Assembly (NCBI RefSeq): GCF_964355755.1
Contig: NC_092675.1
Coordinates: 6,381,812 to 6,445,811, forward strand
Reading direction: 5' to 3'
Length of the DNA stretch: 64,000 nt
DNA from: Antedon mediterranea
Taxonomy: Eukaryota; Animalia; Echinodermata
Shown: piece after piece, positions 1-12,317 of the stretch
Numbering within the stretch: the first letter of the stretch is position 1
Layout: every line of letters begins with the position of its first letter
The notes under the pieces: generated by a model
Database searches by the model: none
Told to the model about the DNA's origin: nothing
Seen by the model: the letters and a program-made list of their open reading frames with translations, nothing else
Position numbers and translations under genes: made by a program

Positions 1-339
1 TAAGTGAATACTGAAGCGATTAAGGATAAAAACGTTATTTACTTTCTATACTATGGATTAACATATTCACAATTATTGTAAGGAGTAATGCGCTGGTTTC
101 TGGATCAAAAATCGAAAGACTAAAATTAAAATATTTTTATAGATTCTGTAAGTAAATGCGATGTTATCATTGATTGATTGCATGATTTTTAGTTGTATTT
201 TGTGCACAAGGGTCTTCCTTGGCTTTTGCGCGCGCGGTTTTGTCTCTGTTATGGTCTAAGATTTAGAAACACCCATCAATAGAGGGCGACATTTAAAAAA
301 TATTATACAAATTTGTTTTCGGTATCATAGATTATTTTA

Positions 340-452
340 TTTTGTTTTCGGTTTGTTTTCGGTTGTTTATGGTTGTTTTCGGTTGTTTGTGGTTGTTTTC
401 GGTTGTTTAGGGTTGTTTTCGGTTATTTTCGGTTGTTTTCGGTTGTTTTCGG
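340..452. repeat. 10-bp tandem repeat (GGTTGTTTTC)n, probably subterminal repeat of a small transposon
   Basis: About 11 near-identical copies, followed by ggtaattagactgaccg. Confidence 0.85.
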
Positions 453-493
453 TAATTAGACTGACCGTCATAAATGACCAGTCATTTTGTCAA

Positions 494-632
494 TAGTGTT
501 TGTGACTTTAATTGCAACCCCCATGGTTACTATTAGAGTAGTGGGTTATTATTATAGATTGACTTATAAGGTGGTGGATTACTATTAGAAGGGGGGTTAC
601 TATTAGAGTGTGGGTTACTATTAGAAGATTTA
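494..632. mobile_element. Partial copy of GGGTTACTATTAGA-repeat MITE family
   Basis: Same motif and internal sequence as copies at 36396-36826 and 62411-63081. Confidence 0.7.
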
Positions 633-840
633 TCAAGTCTAATCTCTAGACTAGGCATAGAGTAGGCCTAGTCCTCCTATTATTAATAATTACTTTATTA
701 GGTAATAATTATATACACTCACTAGCCTTGGCCTAATGTTCAGTAACTTCCTTGAACTTTAAAATATTTAATCTCTTAAAATCTAATAAATTTAAGTTTA
801 AGTATAATACAAAACTAAAAAAAAAGTATCAGTAATTTAC

Positions 841-902
841 GAAATAATTGAGCAAGAGTTTCCTGTTTCCAAAACGGAATTAGGCCTTAGTTGGAAAATC
901 CC
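841..902 (-). other. Probable non-coding first exon/proximal promoter of a further TRIM paralogue whose coding exon would lie left of the window
   Basis: agtaatttacgaaataattgagca matches 11304-11326 upstream of the first TRIM; same donor context TTATTTC|GTAA; kB-like GGAAAATCCC at 893-902. Confidence 0.55.
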
Positions 903-1239
903 TTTCATAATTAGCATCATGACCAGGTATATAAAATATACCAAATTGGCTAGTTGAGAATTCTCAACTATTACCGCAGTACGCCTGTAACGACGAAGCC
1001 TACCGGTATAATGGGATAGGCTGATTTCCTTGTTAACTTAAGGGGTCATTTAATTACTGAATTATGATTGGTAGTAAAGGAAATTTACTGGAATCCTATT
1101 GGATGGTAAGGTGGTAGTAGGACCATGTCCATCCCATTGCAGTAATAAAGTTGAGCCACCTGCGACCATTACAATGTCCTACCATGCTAATGTAGGAGTG
1201 GGGAAATGTTATGCTTACTACTGTTTCTTTTAATAATTT

Positions 1240-3140
1240 AGTACAATTAATAAGAATAAAGAATACTGTACACTTAACAATATACAACAAATAACATTAA
1301 TGTACGATGTAGTTTAACACTGTTCTCAACTATAGTCATTTTGGTATACTTGAGCACATTGATAAAGAATAGGATAAACTTAACAATATACAACAAATAA
1401 CATTAATGTACGATCCCGTTTAACACTGTTCTCAACTATAGTCATTTTGGTATACTTGAGCACAGTGATAAAGAATAGGATAAACTTAACAATATACAAC
1501 AACAATGTACGATCCCGTTTAACACTGTTCTCAACTATAGTCATTTTGGTATACTTGAGCACAGTGATAAAGAATAGGATAAACTTAACAATATACAACA
1601 AAAAACATTAATGTACGATCCAGTTTAACACTGTTCTCAACTATAGTCATTTTGGTATACTTGAGAACAGTTATAAAGAATAGGATAAACTTAACAATAT
1701 ACAACAAAAAACATTAATGTACGATCCCGATTAACACTGTTCTCAACTATAGTCATTTTGGTATACTTAAGCACAGTGATAAAGAATAGGATAAACTTAG
1801 CAATATACAACAAAAAACATTAATGTACGATCCAGTTTAACACTGTTCTCAACTATAGTCATTTTGGTATACTTGAGAACAGTGATAAAGAATAGGATAA
1901 ACTTAACAATATACAACAAAAAACATTAATGTACGATCCCGTTTAACACTGTTCTCAACTATAGTCATTTTGGTATACTTGAGCACAGTGATAAAGAATA
2001 GGATAAACTTAATAATATACAACAAATAACATTAATGTACGATCCAGTTTACCACTGTTCTCAACTATAGTCATTTTGGTATACTTGAGCACAGTGATAA
2101 AGAATAGGATAAACTTAAAAATATACAACAAAAAACATTAATGTACGATCCAGTTTAACACTGTTCTCAACTATAGTCATTTTGGTATACTTGAGCACAG
2201 TGATAAAGAATAGGATAAACTTAAAAATATACAACAAAAAACATTAATGTACGATCCAGTTTAACAATGTTCTCAACTATAGTTATTTTGGTATACTTGG
2301 AGAACAGTGATAAAGAATAGGATAAACTTAACAATATACAACAAAAAACATTAATGTACGATCCAGTTTAACTCTGTTCTCAACTATAGTCATTTTGGTA
2401 TACTTGAGAACAGTGATAAAGAATAGGATAAACTTAACAATATACAACAAAAAACATTAATGTACGATCCAGTTTAACACTGTTCTCAACTATAGTTATT
2501 TTGGTATACTTGAGAACAGTGATAAAGAATAGGATAAACTTAACAATATACAACAAAAAACATTAATGTACGATCCAGTTTAACTCTGTTCTCAACTATA
2601 GTCATTTTGGTATACTTGAGAACAGTGATAAAGAATAGGATAAACTTAACAATATACAACAAAAAACATTAATGTACGATCCAGTTTAACTCTGTTCTCA
2701 ACTATAGTCATTTTGGTATACTTGAGCACAGTGATAAAGAATAGGATAAACTTAACAATATACAACAAAAAACATTAATGTACGATCCCGTTTAACACTG
2801 TTCTCAACTACGGTCATTTTGGTATACTTGAGCACAGTGATAAAGAATAGGATAAACTTAATAATATACAACAAATAACATTAATGTACGATCCAGTTTA
2901 CCACTGTTCTCAACTATAGTCATTTTGGTATACTTGAGCACAGTGATAAAGAATAGGATAAACTTAACAATATACAACAAAAAACATTAATGTACGATCC
3001 CGTTTACCACTGTTCTCAACTATAGTCATTTTGGTATACTTGAGCACAATATACAACAAATAACATTAATGTACACGATTCTGTTTAACACTGTTCTCAA
3101 CTATAGTCATTTTCATATACTTGAGCACAGTGATAATATG
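1240..3140 (+). repeat. 106-bp satellite array, ~17-18 copies
   Basis: GATC landmarks at 1617, 1723, 1829 give a 106-bp period; very high copy identity. Confidence 0.97.
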
Positions 3141-3149
3141 AAAAACATA

Positions 3150-4290
3150 ATAACACTATAATATTTGTAGATGAATGACGCGGACACGTACATATGTTCA
3201 TAAGTAATTGATATAAATTGACTTTTAAAAGTGGAATTAACACAAATGATTGTAGATAAATATGACGTGAATTGCACGTACATAATGTTGATGAGTAGTA
3301 TATTTATATAAATCGACTTTGAAAAGTGAAATAACACTAATATTTGTAGATGAATATGACGTGGACACGTACATATGTTGAATGAGTATATTGATATAAA
3401 TCGACTTTTAAAAGTGAAATAACACTATTGATTGTAGATGAATATGACGTGGACAAGTACATTTATTGATGAGTATATTGATATAAATCGACTTTTAAAA
3501 GTGAAATAACACTATTAGTTGTACACTATTGATCATATATGAATATGACGTGAATTGCACGTACATGTGGATGAGTAGGCCTATATTGATATAATTGACT
3601 TCGAAAAGTGAAATAACACTGATTTGTAAATGAATATGACGTGGACAAGTACATTTATTGATGAGTATATTGATAAATCGACTTTTAAAAGTGAAATAAC
3701 ACTAATATTTATAGATGAATATGACGTGGACACGTACATATGTTGATGAGTATATTGATATAAATCGACTTTTAAAAGAGGAATTAACACTATTGATTGT
3801 AGACGTGAATTGCACGTACATATGTTGATGAGTGTATTGATATAAATCGACTAAACGTTAAATAACACTATCTTGTACAAGTACCCTCACTTGCACTGAT
3901 GAAGGGCTAGTGTTGCCCGAAAACTCTGCTAACTTTTCTGGCTGTCTTACTTTATCGTTTTGATTTAGCTTTTCGCTTCTTTTTTTGTATCTCCATTGAG
4001 ACCACAGCATTGTTATTATTTCAGTATTTTGCCTTTGGATTAATGACTGTAGATGATATGACATTTATGTTGATATAGTATATAGTTTTGTATATATAAT
4101 ATGCACACGTACATACGTTGATAGGTATTGATATAAATAGATTTTTAAAAGTACGGTAATAGACACTTTATTTGTAGATGAATACGACATGGACAAGTTG
4201 CAATAAATTCTATCGTTATATCGTATGTTGATGAGTATTGATATAAATCGACTTTTTTAAAGTGGAATAACACTAAAATGTATAGATGGA
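3150..4290. repeat. Degenerate ~87-bp tandem repeat
   Basis: aatcgacttt at 3311, 3399, 3486 and onward; interrupted by unique sequence at ~3870-4060. Confidence 0.85.
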
Positions 4291-4514
4291 TATGGCCTCA
4301 ACAAGTATTGTATTAAGCGGTACTGTATATTGATAGACTTCATACCTGTAATGTCAATGAAATCTGGCAACAAGAATTGTGTTTGATCCTCCTAATAGTA
4401 TTCTAATAATCTTGGTTTGTAAAGGAGGCATGAAAAATCTAAACGCATAGCCAGGGGAGGGGTTGGAGTTTCGAACAAACTTCCCTGTGCCCGTCGTACG
4501 GTTTTTGTGAACTT

Positions 4515-4625
4515 TTTAGTAGCGTGCAAACGCGACTCTACAGCTCACTATGTCGATCGGTCGGTCGGTAAACACCAACTCAAATTTGAGCACGCGACTG
4601 CAGCCATGTATAGGCCTATGGCCTG
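4515..4625 (+). mobile_element. Short interspersed element, HINE/DINE-1 (Helentron-associated)-like
   Basis: tttttagt..cgtgcaaacgcgactctacagctcactatgtc followed by (GGTC)n; second copy at 27284-27396. Family assignment is inference from architecture. Confidence 0.55.
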
Positions 4626-4739
4626 TTTATACTAGAAATCAGCAGTGAAAGTATATGTAAATAATATGTGTTAATATAGAATTAGTTTTTTTTATTTAAT
4701 AAATAGTATTAAAGTTGATCTTATTCTTTATCTGTGATT

Positions 4740-7296
4740 AATTATACTCAAATGACTATAGTTTAAAACAGTATTAAACGGCATCTTACATTAATGTTAT
4801 TTGCTGTTTATTCAAAGTTTATCCTATTCTTTATCACTGTGCTCAAATATACCAAAATGACTATAGCCTAGTTGAGAACAGTGTTAAACTGGATCGTACA
4901 TTAATGCTATTTGTTGTATATTATTAAGTTTATCCTATTCTTTATCACTGTGCTTAAGTATACCAAAATGACTATAGTTGAGAACAGTGTTAAACGGGAT
5001 CGTACATTAATGTTTTTTGTTGTATATTGTTAAGTTTATCCTATTCTTTATCACTGTGCTCAAGTATACCAAAATGACTATAGTCGAGAACAGTTTTAAA
5101 CTGGATCGTACATTAATGTACGTTTTTTGTTCGTATCCGGATATTCACCCCCTGGACATTTACCCCCCGGAAAACTACCCCCCGGACAACCACCACCTGG
5201 ACCACTACCCCCTTAGGACAACTACCCCTTTAGGACAACTACCCCCCGGACAAATACCCCCCGGACAACTACCCCCTTAGGACAACTACCCCCTTAGGAC
5301 GACTACCCCCTGGACAACTACCCCCCGGACAATTACCCCCTAGGAACAATTACCCCCCGGACAATTACCCCCCGGACAATTACCCCACCCCCGGGTAATT
5401 ACCCCGCGGACAACTACCTCTGACACAATACTCCCCGTAGGACAACTACTTCCTGGACAATACTCCGAGGGAAAATAATCTTTTAGGACAACTACCTCCG
5501 TAGGACAACTAACCCCTGGACAACTAACCCCTGGACAATTACCCCCGGACAATTACCCCCTAGGAACAATTACCCCTGAACAATTACCCCTTGACAATTA
5601 CCCCCGGAGAATTACACCCCCCCCCCCCCCCACTGTTCTCAAGTATACCAAAATGACTATAGTTGAGAACAGTGTTAAACTGGATCGTACATTAATGTTT
5701 TTTGTTGTATATTGTTAAGTTTATCCTATTCTTTATCACTGTTCTCAAGTATACCAAAATGACTATAGTTGAGAACAGTTGTAAACTGGATCGTACATTA
5801 ATGTTTTTTGTTGTATATTTTTAAGTTTATCCTATTCTTTATCACTGTGCTCAAGTATACCAAAATGACTATAGTTGAGAACAGTGTTAAACTGGATCGT
5901 ACATTAATGTTTTTTGTTGTATATTTTTAAGTTTAGGCCTATCCTATTCTTTATCACTGTGCTCAAGTATACCAAAATGACTATAGTCGAGAACAGTGTT
6001 AAACTGGATCGTACATTAATGTACGTTTTTTGTTGTATATTGTTAAGTTTATCCTATTCTTTATCACTGTTCTCAAGTATACCAAAATGACTATAGTTGA
6101 GAACAGTGTTAAACTGGATCGTACATTAATGTTTTTTGTTGTATATTGTTAAGTTTATCCTATTCTTTATCACTGTTCTCAAGTATACCAAAATGACTAT
6201 AGTTGAGAACAGTGGTAAACTGGATCGTACATTAATGTTATTTGTTGTATATTATTAAGTGTATCCTATTCTTTATCACTGTGCTCAAGTATACCAAAAT
6301 GACTATAGTCGAGAACAGTGTTAAACGGGATCGTACATTAATGCTATTTGTTGTATATTATTAAGTTTATCCTATTCTTTACCACTGTGCTCAAGTATAC
6401 CAAAATGACTATAGTCGAGAACAGTGTTAAACGGGATCATACCTTAATGCTATTTGTTGTATATTATTAAGTTTATCCTATTCTTTATCACTGTGCTTAA
6501 GTATACCAAAATGACTATAGTTGAGAACAGTGTTAAACTGGATCGTACATTAATGTTATTTGTTGTATATTATTAAGTTTATCCTATTCTTTATCACTGT
6601 GCTCAAGTATACCAAAATGACTATAGTTGAGAACAGTGTTAAACTGGATCGTACATTAATGCTATTTGTTGTATATTATTAAGTTTATCCTATTCTTTAT
6701 CACTGTTCTCAAGTATACCAAAATGACTATAGTTGAGAACAGTGTTAAACGGGATCGTACATTAATGTTTTTTGTTGTATATTGTTAAGTTTATCCTATT
6801 CTTTATCACTGTGCCCAAGTACACCAAAATGACTATAGTTGAGAACAGTGTTAAACGGGATCGTACATTAATGTTATATGTTGTATATTGTTAAGTTTAT
6901 CCTATTCTTTATCACTGTGCTCAAGTATACCAAAATGACTATAGTTGAGAACAGTGTTAAACTACATCGTACATTAATGTTATTTGTTGTATATTGTTAA
7001 GTTTATCATATTCTTTATCACTGTGCTCAAGTATACCAAAATGACTATAGTTGAGAACAGTGTTAAACGGGATCATACATTAATGTTATTTGTTGTATAA
7101 TGTTAAGTTTATCCTATTCTTTATCACTGTTCTCAAGTATACCAAAATGACTATAGTTGAGAACAGTGTTAAACTGGATCGTACATTAATGTTTTTTGTT
7201 GTATATTGTTAAGTTTATCCTATTCTTTATCACTGTGCTCAAGTATACCAAAATGACTATAGTTGAGAACAGTGTTAAACGGGATCGTACATTAAT
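4740..7296 (-). repeat. 106-bp satellite array in opposite orientation, ~19 copies, interrupted at 5131-5631
   Basis: Unit is the reverse complement of the 1240-3140 unit. Confidence 0.97.
5131..5631. repeat. GC-rich 16-18-bp minisatellite (GGACAACTACCCCC)n ending in poly-C, likely MITE-derived
   Basis: Roughly 25-30 copies of ggacaa(c/t)taccccc inserted in the AT-rich satellite. Confidence 0.85.
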
Positions 7297-7352
7297 TTTA
7301 TCCTTTGCTTTACTGTGCTTTGATTTGATAAGCAAGTTTGGTTGCCCCGCCC

Positions 7353-8309
7353 GCGATTTTTTTTTTCGTACATAAGTTGGGGACCCCCTCATGAAACGTC
7401 ACCAAATAAACATGAATAATTCATCAGTTAAATTTGTTGTTCCGTGTGCACCCAAGCGTATAGCAACAAGAAGTGATTACACAACTGCGATACGATAAAC
7501 GATACTTTCTACAGTAGGCCTAGGATTATAAGTCAATTCACGTGATTGCCTTCGCGCACTCTTCTTCACACAAAATGTGTCGAGTCGAGGCTAATCGACA
7601 GCTAGGCAAGACATTAAACCATGGAGGTATATTTTTATACCTCCATGATTAAACTAAGTAGTAATTCATTGGACATAGCCCAAAGAAAGCTTAGAGCCAC
7701 AAGAATAAAGAATGTGTATATAATTTGTGTACTGTATTTTTTTAATTCTGCTATTTTATTATCAAACAATATGCATGTACTCAAAGGAACTTTAAAAATG
7801 CCCGTATATGAACACATGAGAATAAAAAATGTATTTTTGTGTAATGTTTATTGTTTAATTTTGCTGACTTATTACTCGGATTGTGTCATACCAAAGATAA
7901 CTATCTTTGGTCATACCTAACACACACACGTCACACACACCCCCACACAGCTACTACTAGAATAGACACACATGGGTTTAGAGACTAATAATTAGGCCTA
8001 ATAGTATTAATAGAAACTATAATTTTAACACGTAATTCTTTAGTAATAAATTATATTAAAAACACCATAAACTAAAGGCTGATTATTTCGACAATCCACA
8101 CACAACGCCGCTATCTTCTATGAAATCGCACGCCGCAACAACAGCGGAGATAGGCCTAGAATCGTACCGCACTTGTGTGCTCACTTCTTTCTTGTTGCTA
8201 TACGCTTGGGTGCACACGGAACAAGAAAATTTAACTGATGAATTATTCATGTTTATTTTGTGACGTTTCATGAGGGGGTCCCCAACTTATGTACGAAAAA
8301 AAAAATCGC
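7353..8309. mobile_element. Non-autonomous Mutator/MULE-like element
   Basis: ~140-bp TIRs (GCGATTTTTTTTTTCGTACATAAGTTGGGGACCCCCTCATG...) and a perfect 9-bp TSD GCCCCGCCC at 7344-7352 and 8310-8318. Confidence 0.8.
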
Positions 8310-9735
8310 GCCCCGCCCCCATATGCTGCCTACTAAATTACGATTCCCTAGCTTTTCTATAAAAATTGAAGTACCCACAATGCACGTTATACGGAAGTCA
8401 TAGTCTTGTAAAATACAGACACAATAGTTTTTATCGTATTGTTTTCATTTAAATATCACTAAGATTGTCTTAAACTACAAACAACTAAAATTAGTGAAGG
8501 TATGCAAGTGTTTCTAAATATTTATTACTGGTAGTATTAATACAATTTGGATTATATCATTTTCCAGAAAGGTAGAAAAAACATAAAATAGTTGAGAATT
8601 CTCAACTAGCCAGGATGGTATAGGAAATATAGCTCTCATGACATCACTCATCCCCGTTCATGCGTGTTAGCCGGTGATTGGCCAGTAATTTTTTCCCCCC
8701 AATGATTGAGCAGCACAGCACAGCACAGCACGTACTGTTATAGGTTCTTTGCTTATACTTTATTTATATTTCTACCAAATAATTACTACATGATTTCTGG
8801 GTAGGCATTATTTGTTTAATGAGAAGAATACAATCTGTTTAAACTGACATTTTATTGAGTCAATTCACCAATTCTGTGTTGAAAATTTGAATAATAAATC
8901 TTTCTTAATCAGTTACAAAATGAGTTACAAATCATATTTATACAATAATGTAGTGTTATTTTCTTATTTCTAATAAATTCTAAAATTTCTGAAAACCATT
9001 ATAATTTTCACAATTTTACAATATTGATTCTTAAACCAAATTTGTTATTTTTCCTAATCATTCTGAAAATATACAGTAGGGCTACTGTCAACACACTCAA
9101 TTTTCTAAACTTTCTGAAAACAAACAACTGTCCCAAAAGAAACATATTAATTGTCCAATTTTTGAAAAATCCAAAATGTTAAAATTTTATGTAACAAATC
9201 TTAAAACTAAGTTATTTTTAAATTTTTTTGTAAACATTAAAAATTAATTGTATTTACTTTCTAATTAGTTACTTCCTGACTTTATTTTAGTTTATAAACT
9301 AGGCCTAGGGGAAGAGTGAAATTCTTGTCTGATAAACTTGTGACTTGATGAGAAGTTCATATTAAATATTTATACTGTACATTTAACTGTTATCAATAAC
9401 AAAATCAGTATATTAACAATAACATTTGTTAAAGTTTATAATTTGTTTACACAAGTGATTGTTTTTGGAGATCTGGAGAACGAACAAGTAATAATTGTTA
9501 TTAAGAGACTTTGTTGTTTGATCTTTCTTTTTGTACATGCATGTGGCATCACAAACTACATCAAAAAGAGATCTAGGCCTGGGTGGTGTGTGAGAGAGTA
9601 GATTATAATTACAGTATTTTGTTTTTGATAGACCTGAACAAGAAAGATGATAATATATTTTCTTACACAACAATTTTTTATGCCTAATCTTTAAAAAGAC
9701 TACTATTTTATTATCGATGTTGGCTCATTGTTTTG

Positions 9736-10927
9736 TTAAATAAGTTTAGATCGAATAGTTCCAATGGAATTAGCTTGTGTAGTAAGAGATCCATTTTCTT
9801 GAAAATAAAACAATCGCGATGAATTTTCTTGTTGTTGTTGTTTCAGTTGTTCTTTTATCAGCATTTCCTGGCCAAAAAGTTTTTTTTTTTTTATTAGCTT
9901 TCTTAAACTTATTCTGATGCACTTTTGGATGAAAAACATTAGCTTCGCTTCTACTACCAATCATTTTATGAGCTTCATTCAAAATGTTATCAGCATCAAA
10001 TAAGGCTGCACTAGGCTGAGGTGCTTTGACTAATGTGTCTATGAACAAAGATGTATTCTGCAGTTGCACTATTTTCTCTTCTTTAACTTTCTTTTCATTC
10101 AGACGTTCTACCGACATTTGTTGATTACGTTCATCCAGGTTATCCAACAAGATTTGTGCAGACTGGTTAATTTTCCAACAGAGGATCTTAGCATGTTGTT
10201 TTATTACTGTTTCACATTCCTTTATCGACTGATTCTGTTTTTCTGTATCCAGAATGTGCTGTTGTAATTCAGCCTTCATATCTTTTTCTTTAGTATTACA
10301 ATCGTATAACATGTTATCAGCTTCATATTTGAATCTTTCAAATGCTGCATCAAGCTCTTGTAAATTATGCCCTTTATGAGTGACAACAGTGCATTTCATA
10401 CAGACCGGTACAGAACAGGTGCCACAGTAAAACTCAACAGCAACACTTGTGTGTTTTGGACACATAACTGGCTTTGCTGAACTGCGTTCCTTTGCATCCA
10501 TGGACATATACTGGTTCAATGACATCACGGTATGATCTCGAAGAGCAGGGATCTTACAGTGATTTTCAGAACACTGGCTGCAAAGATATGCTGAACACTC
10601 CATACAGTGTGCAGCGGCTACTTTATTACACATAACACAACTTTTCACACTTGCTACATTTCCTTTCGTTTCTTTAGTGTACTCAAGTAGTTGATTGATG
10701 AAACAACTTGATGGTAGGCCACCCACACCATTACTTGGAACCTGGAATTCTTCACGGCACATCGGACATGATAACATTCCACCATTTCTCTCTACCCAAT
10801 CTTGAATACACTTCAAACAAAATGAATGCTGACAGCCTAGGGTCTTTGGAGTTTGAAATACCTCATGGCATATGGAACACAGAAGAACTTTTTCATTAAT
10901 ATCGTTGATTACTTTAGCAGTGGCCAT
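9736..10927 (-). CDS. TRIM56-like RING/B-box/B-box/coiled-coil E3 ligase, paralogue A (single coding exon; apparent +1 frameshift in A13 run at 9880-9892)
   Basis: [21 protein letters not shown]; B-box1 CVMC..CMEC..LCSQC..H..H; B-box2 CPKH..C..C..PVCMKC..HKGH; coiled coil. The conserved C-terminal motif lies in the 9736-9960 frame. 5'UTR acceptor TTTTTAG at 10970. Confidence 0.93.
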
Positions 10928-11312
10928 TGTTGTTTTTTCTTGTGTGTTTTTGTCACTAAACAGGAAACACTAAAAAGTAATTAAATATTAGTTTATGGAG
11001 TTACTGAAAGGGGTAACTGAACTTAAGCCCATGGGTGGCTCGTCCACCCCCACTTTCCCCACCTTTGACTTCTGGCCCAAAAAGACATTATAATTACAAT
11101 CTAGCCCATGTAGAAAACTGTGAGAACCCCTCTCTGTGAGATATTGTGTAGTTACTAGGCCTACGTAGCCTAGCCTACATAGGCCTAAAATGACAATGTT
11201 CACCCATAAAGGTATTTTTATACCTCTTAGATTGATCTTACAAATATTCAATCTAATCTCATAATTTTAATTAATTATAGTATAAACTACAAAAATAAAT
11301 ATTAGTAATTAC

Positions 11313-11382
11313 GAAATAATTGAGCAGCAGGCACCTTCACGTTTCTTCCAAAATGGAAAATTCCATATATATGACATCACTC
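11313..11382 (-). promoter_or_regulatory. Probable non-coding exon 1/promoter of TRIM paralogue A with kB-like and ATF/AP-1-like sites
   Basis: Donor TTC|GTAATT at 11312; GGAAAATTCC at 11355-11364; TGACATCA at 11372-11379; conserved with 841-902 and 8637-8648. Confidence 0.5.
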
Positions 11383-11889
11383 TTATTATCTCTATGCTCT
11401 TCTTATCAAAGAAACACTATCTTGCTCTTAGGTGGTTGGCCGGTTTTCATGTTTAGTTTATGACGCAGCTCCATTCGTGTAATCAAGGCAATAAATATTG
11501 ATTGTCTTTGTGTATATTTGCACGAAGATAAATAAAATCTCAGTATTAAACTATTTTTGATTCAATTTACCAATAATGTGTAACTGAAAATTTGAATGCG
11601 TTAATACAAAATCATTCATACATAACTAACTATTTATTTTCTAATTATAATTCTTCTTTTTTTTTATTTCTTCATTTATAGTGATTTGTTTCAATTTAGC
11701 TTCAAATTTTAATCTTCTCAAATATACATAGTTTTTGGTACGACTACAGTAATTACAATAACTTATTTCTGTTTAGAATTTAATCAATTGAATCAATTTA
11801 AATTTTTATATTATACTATTTCTAAAATATAATTCTTTAACAAAAGTCTAACAAACTTAATTTTAAATACTACAGTGTAAATTGTATTG

Positions 11890-12317
11890 ATAGTAATATA
11901 TCTCCGTCGCTGTGGTCTGCTAGTAATATATCTCCGTCGCTGTGGTCCGCTATTTGAAAAGCTTTGGATGATTTTGTACGTACTTATTATATAACATATT
12001 TAAAACAAATGACATATTATTGAACATACAGTAAAGCATTTAAAACTAATGATCTAAATAATATAATACTATACAAAAAGCTGAACATTCATTAGTGCCA
12101 TTCATTATCAACATTAGATATAAATTTTCCATTTCAATTCATTGGATGATTTTGTATGTACAGTATGGTATTTAAAACAAATGACATATTATTGAATATA
12201 TAACATACATACTGTATAAAGCATTTACAACTAATGATCTAAATTATATAATACTATACAAAAAGCTGAACATTCATTAGTGCCATTCATTATCAACCTT
12301 AGATATAAATTTTCCAA
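11890..12317. repeat. Local tandem duplications (30 bp x2; ~180 bp x2) downstream of the TRIM paralogue B stop
   Basis: tagtaatatatctccgtcgctgtggtc appears twice; 11965-12130 is repeated at 12142-12316; homologous to ~28570-28785 downstream of paralogue C. Confidence 0.8.

Larger units (their letters stand above)
937..8622. mobile_element. 7.7-kb non-autonomous TIR element filled with satellite arrays
   Basis: 36-bp terminal inverted repeats 937-972 and 8587-8622 (33/36 identical; core palindrome TAGTTGAGAATTCTCAACTA); TA at both outer edges; no transposase ORF seen. Confidence 0.75.

Noticed and set aside
5017-5552. Pro-rich / Gly-Cys-rich ORFs
   Set aside because: Translations of the GGACAACTACCCCC minisatellite.
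1240-7296. CRISPR array or short ORFs (MLYIVKFILFF...) in the 106-bp repeats
   Set aside because: No unique spacers and no cas genes; eukaryotic context; ORFs are by-products of the satellite.
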